Below, in pieces: positions 25,501 to 38,400 of a DNA stretch of 64,000 nt. The notes beneath the pieces are model-generated. The model saw nothing but the letters and a program-made list of their open reading frames with translations, did no database searches and was not told the DNA's origin. The stretch comes from Azolla caroliniana (taxonomy: Eukaryota > Plantae > Polypodiophyta), in NCBI GenBank assembly GCA_043228905.1, contig JBHGNT010000012.1:2356001-2420000 (forward strand). The letters are read 5' to 3'. Position 1 is the stretch's first letter, and each line of letters begins with the position of its first letter. The translations under genes were made by a program, and so were the position numbers.

Positions 25501-27099
25501 GCACATGGTGTACAAGCTAAATCGAGATTATAAACAAGTTAAGTTAATTGATAAGGGCCACATTTTGAGATGCTTCTAGTGTTAACTTCTGTAATAGGTA
25601 GACAATTTCATTTACTTGCAAGATACCACACCATGTGTGCAAATACTAGACTCAATAGACAAAATGTCATCAATAGAGAAGAGTTCGTTCTCTTTTTCCT
25701 AAAACATTCCTGGACAACATGGCTAACAAATATCCCCATCAAGAGGATTGTATTTGTCATTGATCTTATCTCAATATACACATATATGTTATGCCAATGA
25801 AGATGTTGGTCTTAGTTCAAACCTACTAATAAATGGCTCACTCTAGACAAAACTTTTAATGCTTACTAACATTAGGCACCATTAACCCATGCCCTTTGAT
25901 TATCAACATATTTATAACTTGTAGTTTATCAAGATTGATTTCTTCAAGCAATCATACATAGCATCATATCATTGAAAGGATGTATTTTTTATGATGAAAT
26001 CAACAATAGCTAAAATTAGTCAAACTACCCGCGTGCAAATAACTCACTAGTCCACAAGCAATATTCAACAAGAGATTTCATTCACTCCCTAAGTCTGATC
26101 CCTTGAAATTGTCCAAATCTTGGACTCAAAAATACATTCTATAGTTTATCAACACGAGCATTAATTACCCCCATAAGTCGATCAATTTCATATTATTGCA
26201 ATGTTTATCAAGAGATATCATTTACTTCATTGAGAAGAACTTCTTCCACTTGAGAAACAGGGTTGGATGTTAGCATTGTGGTTCCAACCTAAAACACAGA
26301 TGATGGCAATAGAGTCGCCCATGAGACAGGAATTATTAAAATCCTTGGGAGACCAAAATATACGAGGTTGAGCTCATGGTGTGGATTAAACTTGAGATAT
26401 CTCAAAATTATGACTTTGTTAAGTGTGAGCCACCAAGCCATGCACAAGTAGTAGCAAAATATTCTAACTAAGCGTTGAAAATTGATGGAAGATGGGTGAG
26501 TGATATAGCTCACTGCCTCAAAGTCTATTGCATGGTTTATTTTTTGGGGGGCAAAACCTCACACGTCACTAGTTAGACACAATCAAACATAATCATTAAA
26601 AGGGTGCTTCAAGACAAGACCTTCAAATGCAAATGCTCACATTTACAATAGATGGTTGATAGAGAGAGCACCCATGGGTTCAATTGGAGATGGGCAACCA
26701 AAGCAAAATGTCGTGAGGTTTGATGGGCGTGTCTCGAACACTAGGGAATTGAATCAATTGAACATCACAAATCACTAGGTCGAGCTAGGCCCAATCAATG
26801 ATGTAGATGGGCCACATGGGACCTATCACAACGTTGAAGAATGTTTCGATGGACATCAATGGAATGTCTCTCAACTTAACATCATCACGGAGGTTAGATG
26901 AGCCAAAAGGAGTTAATACTACATATGTAAATGTGAAATCTTGAAAAGAGACAACATGGGACATAGTTCAACTAAATCAAGCATCATCATGAGCATTGAC
27001 AGGGTATTGGACAAGATGAGTCGCCCATGACGATGATTCGATTGAAGTGATTTAGGCGATCAACGTTGTAGCCTAAAGGGCAAGCATCAGGCAATTCAA

Positions 27100-27462
27100 G
27101 ATATATCATGTAACCATCAAGCGATCGATGCCTTTCGAGATATCATAAACCAATCAAACCATATGCCTTTCGAGGTATCATAAACCAATCAAACTGATGC
27201 CTTTCGCGATATCATTTAACCATCAAGCAATCGATGCCTTTCGCGATATCATAAACCATCAAACTGATGTCTTTCGAGATATCATAAACCAATCAAACCA
27301 GATGCCTTTCGAGGTATCATAAACCAATCAAACCGATGCCTTTTGCGATATCATTTAACCATCAAGCGATCGATGCCTTTCGAGATATCATAAACCAATC
27401 AAACCGTTGCCTTTCGAGATATGATCACCCATCAAACCGATGCCTTTCGAGAGATATCATCA
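27100..27462. repeat. Minisatellite of about ten 33-37 bp units upstream of the transporter gene
   Basis: Consensus about GATGCCTTTCGAGATATCATAAACCAATCAAACC, repeated from about 27127 to 27460. Confidence 0.9.
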
Positions 27463-28057
27463 ATCATATGCAGGCAGGTATTGAGGATCGAGCATGCCCA
27501 GATGCAAACGATTCAGCTCGATCGAAACTCAGTTGGATCAATCCTCGGAACAATCATGTCCTGTTGATGATCGATCGGGGGGGGGGATTGATATATCGGA
27601 ATTACGAATTGGGGATCCAACGGAGTTACGACTCGGATCCAACGGAATCACGAAGTGGATCCATCGGAATTACAGCTGAGATCCATGGGAACATTTGATC
27701 AGATAAGAGAAGGCTATACATATGTCTAGACTCTCTCTCTCTCTCTCTCTTCTGTGTGTGGCTACTACTTCTACACTTCACTCTTCTGTGCATGTATTAT
27801 ATCTTCTGTTTTTGCTTTCTATCTTCATCTTCCTCACCATCATCAACAAACTGTCCACCCTTCCTATCTTCATCTTCATCAACAAATCCTTCCTTCCTTC
27901 CTTCCTTCATTTCCTTCTTGATTAAGCTTATCTACCACAAACTGTGTACTATACAAACGCCCAGCTCAAGCTTTGCTCACCCCTACCGTAGATCTTCTTC
28001 ACGCATTCCTTCCGATTTCATAAGGAAAGACAGTGGAATTAGGGTTTCCCTAGGGAA

Positions 28058-31000
28058 ATGTCATCTTCGAAGAGCAGAGTTGGAGGAAGAGGTAGCTCGG
28101 ATTCTCCTAAGAAACCCCAACAACAGCAACCAACTGCCGCCCAAAACCATCAAGAAACAGACGAACCAGAAGAAGACACTGGCGATCGATTACCAAATGG
28201 GAGAAGAAGAAGGCCGGGTCCATGGCCGCCCAGAATTGATCAACATAGCGGTATACCAAATCCGCACAGTCTTACGAAAATCCCTCAAGTCTCCACCAAT
28301 GTAGATCAAGGTAGCGCTTTTCCGAAACTGCCTGAGATTGCCAATGCGGATGAAGGCAGTTATTCAAAACCGTCGAACTCCATGAATGTTGATCGAAGTG
28401 GTGTTTCGAAACCACCTGCTACTGCCATCACCAGGCCACCCGACATTGCAAAACCGCCTGGTTTCAGCAGAAAGAAACACCGCTCAGATAAACACTCTAA
28501 AGAAGATATGAATGGATCAAAAGAGAATTATAGGGGCATGGCAGCTTCGCCTATTGTGACCGATGCTGGTATTCCTATCTCTCTTGATTCAATGGAGAAG
28601 AAAGGTAGAGACCGGACTCATCCAGCTAATGCATTATTGCCCATCCAGATGAATCCTTTTAGAGTTTCTAAAGAACCTCAAAGAATAGATGCTGTGCTTC
28701 CTAAGGGCCAATGTCATATGAAGTATGAACTCAGAGAAAGTCCTGGCCTAGGTAAGTCAATAGAGAGAGTGTGATTTTACTTGATTTTTTCCAGTTGTGG
28801 TGTTTGTTTTTTTCGGTTGCCACCATTGGGTTTGCTCTATGCAGACAATTGATAGATTTGATCAAGGGTGATGGGTGTGGATTCATTGAATAAAAATGTT
28901 AGTAGGGTTGATTGATTTGTTCTACATTTTAATGCAGATCAATTAATTGATGCTAAAGTTTTTCATGTGGATCAATTGCATGATTCCAAATCTTAGCTCA
29001 GATGATCAAATCTAAATATTTTCGCTCACATCTCATTGAATTTGTGTGATCGATTGATTCTAAATTTAGTGTGGATTCATCCTTAATTTTAGTGCAAACT
29101 GATCGATTGTAAATTTTGGCAGGGATTGATTGATTTTCCAATTCTAAATCTTAGTACTTTTTCTCTTGCTTTGTAACATCCAGTGCCTTTAATTTTCTAT
29201 GGATTTCAACACTATCTCTCCATTGCTGGTTCAATCATCCTCATTCCACTGATCATAGTTCCAGCAATGGGTGGAAGCGACGTAAGTCTCCCCACACCTT
29301 TGGTCATCCTAAAAAGAAAAATACGAGAATTACGAATGTAAATTAAGCTAGGTCTCAATACCTTTCATCATCCATACACTCTTTTTAATTCTAAAAACAA
29401 TAACCCGATCTATGAATATAACTAAAAGAATGGGTCTAGTATCCTTCCTTATTCTTTTCAGGAGGACACTGCAAGAGTTGTTTCAACTGTTCTTCTTGTG
29501 ACCGGATTGTCCACCTTGATGCATACTTTCCTTGGTTCAAGGTTACCATTGATACAAGGAGCCTCTTTTGTATATCTTGCTCCCGCATTAACTATTATCA
29601 ACGCTACAGAATTCCAAAGCATAGGCACTGATGTATGATACAAATATATTTCCTACTTGCATATTGTGTAACGAGATGTAAATATAAACGTGAAAGGTAG
29701 AAACACCTCGGATCTAATCGGATTGTCTTCTCTATACTAGAGATTTAGTCACACTATGAGAGAGCTACAAGGCGCAGTCATTGTTGCCTCAGCATTCCAA
29801 GCTGTCCTTGGATATAGTGGATTGATGTCGATCCTTGTGAGGTATGTCAGTCACTGTTGTATATAACCTCTAGGAGTTTCATTACATCACTTAATTGGAA
29901 AATTTTATTGATTTTTCTTTTTTCCAACAATGAGTCAGTCCTTGTATGATGAAGTACTGATTAGGCTAGTAGTAAACCTTGAAGAATTCTGATGTCGAAC
30001 CTTTTACAGACTGATAAATCCTGTTGTTGTGACACCGACGGTGGCTGCGGTAGGTCTAGCATTCTTCTCATATGCATTTCCAGTTGTTGGATCTTGTGTG
30101 GAAATTGGCATCCCCCAGATCCTTGTTCTCATCATTTTTGCATTGGTAAGAAGCTTATGGTATGACTGTTTTAAAATCTGTCCTAGTGTTTTGTATTGTG
30201 CCTAAAACAATTCTTTTCTTCTGGAGTCAGTACCTGCGTAAAATATCAGTTTTTGGACATCGCATATTTCAAGTATTTGCGGTGAGTGATTTATTTCCTA
30301 CATGATGATTTAAAGATCTGTAGATTATGTGTACCATTAGACTATCTAATGGTATAAATCCTTAAACTTTGGGTGGAAGATCAACATGTTAAGTCATGAA
30401 ATCTGCTGTCACGAATCCAAAATAAAAGGGGAATATCAAAATGTTGAACAGATTCCTCGCATGACAATATCTTTGATATTGTGAAATTGAATTCTCTGAT
30501 TATCTTTTGATTTTGTTGATACATGATAGATGAGTCAGCTAGCTCTGGCATTTTGTCAATACGAAAAGCTCTTTATGTTTTTGGTGATAGGTTACTACAT
30601 AATCAATTGCATGTATGTGCCGTTAACAATCTGTTTGTTCTTTTAATTTGGTTTCAAGGGCAAACTCAGTGTACCTTTATATATTTGTTTCATTATTTTA
30701 TATGTAATTTCTTAGTTTTCAAAGGTCGAACGCCCAGTCTCGCCAGACTATATGTTTAGGCAACTTGGACGTTGCCAAAGATTGTAACCCTTGCAATATC
30801 CAAAAGCTCTCTAGTGAATATGAGATTATGCTTTTCTCGTTTATGCATTGTGTACACATGATGTATAAAATTCACTGAAACTAAAGGTTGATTTGGCCAT
30901 GTACCATCATTGGGTCTTGGAATTATTGGGGCATGGGAACGATTTGGGTTTATATGAGTTTAGGTTTTAAAATTATAATAAGTAACCTTTGCAATATCTG

Positions 31001-33716
31001 TTGGGCCAAAACCCTCACTAATGGATATGAGATTATGCTTTTCTTTTTATGCCTTCTATGCCTTGTGTGTGCTTGATATGTAAATTTCACTGAAACTACA
31101 TATTGATTTGAACAGGTACCATTGAGTCTTGGAATCATCTGGGCATATGCGTTTCTTCTCACAGCTGCTGGAGCTTATAATTACAGTGGTTGCAGTGTCG
31201 ATGTCCCTTCATCTAACATTATTTCCGATAAATGCCGGAAGCATGTTTTTACAATGATGCAATGTCGTACAGATGTATCGGTTGCTATGAAAACAGCATC
31301 TTGGTTTAGCTTTCCTTACCCATTTCAGTGGGGAATACCAGTCTTCCATTGGAAGACTGCTTGTATTATGATTGTAGCTTCTATCATTGCATCTATTGAT
31401 TCGGTAAGACAATTTGTATCCAATAACTTCAACATATTGGACTGTCATGTTTTGAGTCACTTTTTCTCCATCTTGGATCCCTGTGTTTTAACTGCATTGT
31501 CTCGCCATCTTGGGTCTTTGTGTTATAGTTCATTCATTCTCTCTCTGTCTTAAGTCATTATGTTTTGGTTTATTCTTTCACCATATTGGGCCATGTGTTC
31601 TAATTCATTTTTTCTCTATCTTGGGTCATTTTGTTTTGATTGATTCATTCTTTTTTCTATAGGTTGGATCATATCATGCCTCATCCTTACTTGTGGCAGC
31701 AAGTCCACCACCTCCTGGTGTTGTTAGCCGTGCTATTGGAATGGAGGGTTTAACTAGTGTTTTGGCAGGCTTGTGGGGTATCGGAACTGGTGCGACAACA
31801 CTTACAGAAAATGTTCATACAATAGCTGTGACAAAAATGGGAAGTCGACGAGCTGTTGAGTTTGGGGCATGTATGCTCGTACTAATGTCTCTTGTTGGTA
31901 AGAATCCTGGATAAGTGAGAAAATTAAGAATGTAACACTAACTCAAAAAGATATATACACATTCATGAATCTCACAACTAGACAAACCTGTGAGGAGAAA
32001 AACCTGCCCATGTTCACATGATTTTAAAAGAAGACACAATAAGATAATATAAAGAACCCATTGTGTAGATTTCAACATAAACAAACTCCAGGCTTAGAAG
32101 TAATAGAAAGTGAATGAAAAGGTGATATTTAATGTGCAAGCATATGATCTTGATTGGGATTCCAATATTAAGGCAAAAGTACACCTATTAACACTAATCA
32201 AGGGTTATAACTTATAAATGTGCGCATAACATATACTGAGATGGAAATGTGTTGTTTTGGCTGCTCTGTGCATGGTTCTACAAGTTTGTGTAATCAATGT
32301 TGTCAATCTGAGTAAATGTATACATATTTGAAGTATAACTATGTGTGTATGCATATAGGCATATCAACTTTATGTCTATATTCTAATAGCATACATATGC
32401 ATTGAAATTATATTCATTGGTTCATCCCTTAGTCACCTTGCCTAAGCTGTAATGTAATGTTGAACTGAACAAAGTCAATGGCTTTTGAGCATGAAATGAA
32501 AAATATTAGGGTCTATAAAAATGCTTTCAAGGTTGAAAATTGGGATCTTAACTAGAGGTACACTCTCACGGACTTGTTCCTATTCCTTAACAAGGATTAT
32601 TAATTTAATTCAGTTTTCCGTAACACTTCAAACCTTACCTCATAAAGGCTGAGATGAGAAGCATGTTCCTCTGAATGTTTTGCGTTTTCTATGGAACAGT
32701 ATCTCCACCTTGACATAGCTACGGTATAGAATCTGGGAATTCATTTCATACTGATACAGGCTGTTGAGAGTTCATGTCTCTGTTTTATGAAAACCGTGTC
32801 GAAAATGAGAGAATTGAATATGCTGAATGATATATATATATAATCTTAAAGGCACAACTCTATTCATGAATCTGTCTTTATATGTCTACTCGTATTTATT
32901 TACAAATATGGATTATAATATTCATTCCTTTGATATATGTTTCAGGAAAGATTGGTGCCTTCATTGCATTGGTACCTAGGGTGATTGTGGCAGCTCTTTT
33001 ATGTGTTATTTGGTCCATGAGCACAGCTTTTGGATTATCTAACCTCAGATATAGTGAAACAGGGAGTTCACGGAATGTCATAATTGTGGGATTGTCACTC
33101 TTTCTTTCATTGTCAGTTCCTGCATACTTTCAACATTATGCTCCTGGGTTAAGACCTGCGACCGTTGCAAGTTATTTTCTTCCATATACCGTTGCGCCAC
33201 ATGGCCCTCTTAAAATTGGCATAGAAGGGGTAAGACATGTTTCCACAAAACTTCTTTTTTCTCCGAAGACATAGAAGGGATTATGCATAGAATAGCACAA
33301 CTTGAAAATGCGCAGAAGAGATAATGCATATAACAGTCACAGAAAATTGATGCAACATAAATTTTTAATAACTATAATAAATATTAATTTTGAATAGAAT
33401 AATAAATAATTTATTAATAATAATAAAAAGAGGATAGATTTTTAATAAAATGATTAATGAATTCCTGGGATTTTTATTGATATCAACTGTCCAGGTTGAT
33501 TTTGTCTTGAACTCCATTCTGTCCATGAACATGGTAATAGCATTTTTAGTTGCATTCTTTCTCGATAACACTGTGCCCGGAAGTCAGCAAGAGCGAGGAA
33601 CCTATGTGTGGACAAAGCCAAGCATTGCTACAAGAGAGCCTGCCGTGATGAAAGACTATGGCTTACCTCCTAGTTTGGCAAAGTTTTTCAGTTGGGCAAA
33701 ATGGGTCGGGCTGTAA
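28058..33716 (+). CDS. NAT12: Nucleobase-ascorbate transporter, NAT11/NAT12 clade (10 exons)
   Basis: Exons 28058-28751, 29184-29281, 29462-29632, 29741-29841, 30010-30145, 30231-30281, 31116-31403, 31663-31897, 32946-33229, 33495-33716, all GT-AG and in frame; long hydrophilic N-terminus, YGFQHY, LGSRLPLIQG, signature TENVHTIAVTKMGSRRAVE, LDNTVPGS..ERG. NAT11 versus NAT12 cannot be resolved. Confidence 0.95.
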
Positions 33717-35420
33717 ACAACGAAAGCGGAAGAATATTTGAAAAAAAATGTGGTGTCCATCAATGTTTGAAGGCCTGAGAATTTTTTTACTTTTGCATCT
33801 CTTCCTCTGACACCCATTTCCGAAATCGGCATCTTTATCTATATATATTTTTTATTCTTTTCATACAGATTAACAAATGCCTCATGGAGCAAATACGCAA
33901 TTTGAGGCATCCGTGTGATGATATTGTGACTGTCTATATGTATTTATCGAGGGCACATTATTGGGAGCAAAAGAAGGTACTACTGAGTGTGTATAGGTGA
34001 CCTATATACCTCCCATATATGTGCATATTGTTCACGCATTTTCATATTTTATAGATGCTATATATATTATCCAAAAGGATAATTCCACTGCTCGTTTAAC
34101 ATTTTTTTCTTCTAAAAAAATTTGATAATGATTATTTATTGCGTTTCATGCATTTCTGTGTTGTCTAGAATGTACAAGATAGCTAGAAAAGTTAAATACA
34201 CACACACACACACATAATAATGGGGTATTATTCATCATTGACAAGTAAAGTCATTTTTTGTGGTTTGGGAGTCTCTGCATGTGCAATATGATTTAGACCA
34301 ATCCAAAGAGTTATACATTATTTTTGGTATTTTGAAAAGTAAGAATGAATATTAGTGTGTAAGAATGACCATTCCATAACTCTCTATTCTTCTAGATCAT
34401 AGGTGACTAATATCATATCTTATTGGTGATAACCTTTTGTTCTATGCAAGGACAACTACCTCCCAATTTAAAAATGAAGATTGGAATGCATCTCTTTCAT
34501 TAAGGCCAACTCAGTTAATGCCTCAAGTGATGTCCCATGAAAGCTTATAATCAAAATGAATTCTAGGACCACTTTATATAGTAATCATTTGTAAACACTA
34601 TATTGGATAGGAATGCATCTATTTCATTAAAGGCCTATGCAGTTAAGGCCTCAAGTGATGTCCCATGAAAACTTATAATTGAAGTGAAGAAAATGAAATC
34701 CTATGATCATTTGTAAACACAAGCTAAATAATTGTTCATTGAAAAAGTGTTCTCTATAATACTGTCTATCCTTGATGTTAAGGGGCTTATGAAGTGAAAC
34801 ATTTAGCGATAGCTATTTCTGTTCTCATTGAAAGACAATCACATCAAAAAGGGAAGAGTAGCTTAAAAACAACTTCACCAAATATCATCCATGCCATGCA
34901 ATTTTCCCTGTAAATAAGAAATCTTACAGTTCATTCATTACTCTTCATGTCCTAAGCATCCATCGAAGCATTTGTGAACCACCTAAAGAAATATTTATGG
35001 AGTTGTAAAAGTATGATAAAAAAAGGTCAAACTTTTATGTTTGATTTCACTATCTGTCCCAATTTATGCTATACGCATCACAAAGTAATGAGCAGAAGAT
35101 ATGCTAACAAACGAAAAAGCTAGGAGATTGAATGTGGTTAGATTTCTCACCAAGTATAGAAATAAATTCTCGATCAAGAAAATGCCTCGACATTTAACAA
35201 CAAAACAGAATGAAATTTATGGAGTTGTAAATATACCTGGAAGACTTTAAATGAAGCATGTAAACCTAAACTTGAAGAAGATAATGAACAACGAGATATA
35301 TATACCAAATCAGATGAAATATGATTATTATGGAGAACAACATACACATTGAATGACATACATCATAACTCAAAAATTACACTAATTTGATTATTGAAAT
35401 CTTGTCATCAGACAAAGCTC

Positions 35421-38400
35421 CTAAACCATTAACTCTTTTCCATCTTCAAGTGGCTCGAAGAACCGATCAATCTCAGTAAGGTCAACTTCTTCCAATGATG
35501 GTGGCTTCCACTTTGGATTCTAACACAAAATTGAAACAAAAGAAAAAATCAATGGATATATCTCTATTACTCCAAATTTGGTTAAACAAAAATGTGAGAT
35601 TTAACGAAAGATATTGATACCTGGTCCTTATCCACAACCACTGCTCGCACACCTTCGATGAAATCTTCTCTAATGGAAGCCCGCAAAGCTAAACGGTATT
35701 CCAGCTTCATGACTCCCACGATCTGCAAAACAAATAATATTAGTAATTCCAAGTCCACACAGAAGTGACAATTTCAAAGCAATATTTGATGTTAAGAAAA
35801 AACTGAAAGCGCTTGCCGTTGCTAGATCATCTTCGGGACGACGTGCGGCTGCAGATACAATGTCAAAATGTTTTTGTGTAACACAGAGACTGTAGGGGGC
35901 CCCTTTTGCAATCCCAGCTAAGGCTGCTTTGGCCCATTCAGTAACTGTAGAATCAATGGAATCAGAGAATGTCAGATATCTGGAAAATCTGGATGAAGCC
36001 TCTGAGAAACAACTGCATGGAGAAAAGTATTATGTAAAATCGGCAATGGATACCAAAAATAGTCAATTGTGCATTAAAATCCACTACATGCATCCTGTGC
36101 TTTCCCATCTAGACCATACGAGTAAAGAAAATCAAATATGTATGCATACAACAATAACTTCGACCAAACTGTGTTGGGTTGTGTGACATGTAGACCAACG
36201 TAATACATTAGAGGAAGTGGTTATGAAGCCAAATATCAAAACTTGCCTGAAACATCAGATGAATGTTCTTCTTTTCTCAAGGATTCTATAGAATTTTTCA
36301 CGGACTTGTCACCTCCAAAGCAGGAAATAATGGATGGCAATAGCCTCTTCAAAGGAGGTTCTGATTCTGGTTCTTCTGAGAATTTTTCAAGCAGAGATTT
36401 CACAGCTTCATCGGCACCGTGTGAGCTTTCAACAGAAACACGTAGAATAAGAATGAGCAAGCAAAGAAATTCTCTTTGTCCCTAGATTCAGCAATTTATG
36501 TTTAGGAAATACATCTTAGATACTCACAAATCTTGCTGAAGCAGAGCTTCTTTCAATAATGCTAATTTTTGTGATGGGACATAGTGTGTGCCAATCCCAG
36601 CATATACAGCATCAGCAGGATTATTAATTCTCGCTCCTGTCAATGCTAGATATGCACCTGCAATAATCACAACAAAAGATAACATTTCACAATCAAAACA
36701 AGATTGGATATCATCACTTTCCACAGCCATGCTTCATAGTGAGCATAACCTGCATTGTTTTTTTAACTTCCATCAGCATCATTTTAGAGCTAATGTACAT
36801 TATATTGAAATATTAGATATTCCCTACAGCTTTATCAATTTTAGTATGTGATTTATGTTGATTAATCAATATATATAGATGATAGAGTTATTTAGCTATA
36901 GAAAACAGCATCCAGCAAAGTTGGAGGGAAAATATGAATAGACCCAATCAAACTGGCTACGAACGGTAGACAACGCAGCTATGTATGTGTGACATTAGGA
37001 ACATGAAGAGTAGAATGCTCTGTAGGTACCATTACACAGTTAACTGCTGGACAGATATGGATGTAACACATATTAGGGCCAGCCAGAAAAATACTTGCAA
37101 TCCAACAAATTTAGTTGACTAAAATAGTGCATAATGATGTAAGCGTGCTCAATCCACCATCAGTGGTATATGTTCGGAAATTCAGAGTTCAAGCCATATA
37201 GGGATCCATAGAGATCATAGATCAGTAATGGGTTTGCTTCAAAGCTCAAATGTTATCCCATATTCCCACCGCTGTTCCTATTCATATCTCAAAAGATAAG
37301 CCTATGCAAGGATTTTCAAGAGCCTCTACCCAACAAATCAAGCTCCAGGACTGTCCTGTCAAGTGGATAGCTTTTTGGAATAAAAAGTCACTCAGTCTCT
37401 TCAAATATCAGCAAATTTTACACGTGTCAAAGAAAGGAAATAAAAACAATTGCTTGCCCATGTACTTGGATGGAAAATTCCAAATGAGTTTTGTTACAAG
37501 TGATTTTCGTATATTTGAAATTGCAGAGTATTTTACTCATGTCGAAGGAAGGAAATGGACACAAGTGATCGATAATGTACTTGCAAAGAAAGCTTCAAAA
37601 GGGTTTCTTACAGGTGACAGAAATATCCACAGAAACATAAGTTTCAATACACTTGATATCATTGTGGTAACTAGCACAAAGTTTATAGTCAATCAGATTA
37701 TCCTGCAGCCAAAATGTTAAACAATACCAAACTAACTTTGACACCTTGTCCAAACGTTCCAATCCTTCCTATTTCTTAGATTTGCATCAACTGCTAACAA
37801 GACTTCTACATAGCTAGTCCGAAGGAACCCTGTTACTCTACCACCAAAGACAGTAATAATCTCAATTAACCACTTCCCTCACAGAATTTTAACTTCAGTG
37901 CCAAAACCAAAGACAGAACAAGGTTGCAAGTTCTGTGGTTTTCTTGACCACTGTACAGCTAGATTCTAGAATTTATGATGAATTCATAAATAAATTGTGA
38001 TATAAATTCTCTGGTATGAAAGACAGATAGACTAAAATACTGTAAAGGCTAAACTTGGTCCATGAGACAAACCAGATGCAGACCATATAACACATGTCCG
38101 CTCTACATAAGAAAAAATCCAATTTTATGCTACAAATTAAACCAAGCTGACCAAATATGAATTCAAAGATATTACAGAGCACAGAAGACAAAGCTCACCA
38201 ATAGCACCATCTCCTGGGCTATGAGCAGCTATATGTGCAAAACCAACATCTGGGAAAAGACCAATCCCATTTTCTGGCATTGCAAGAATTGTCCGCTGTC
38301 ACAAGAAAAAGAAAATGAGAATTGAACAAAACTAATCAGAAACAGAATGAGCAGACAGATAGATTTGGGAAAAACACCTGACTACCTCTGAATTTTTCAT

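Noticed and set aside
22520-27050. Possible decayed DNA transposon or gene including ORF 24955-25290
   Set aside because: No motif, TIR or splice structure could be supported by eye; needs a repeat-library or BLASTX search.
34480-34720. About 130-bp tandem duplication between the convergent genes; also a 50-bp duplication near 58175-58274
   Set aside because: Ordinary local duplications with no further structure.
37250-37720. 156-aa plus-strand ORF
   Set aside because: Antisense within intron 5 of the HIBCH-like gene, with no motif and intron-like composition.
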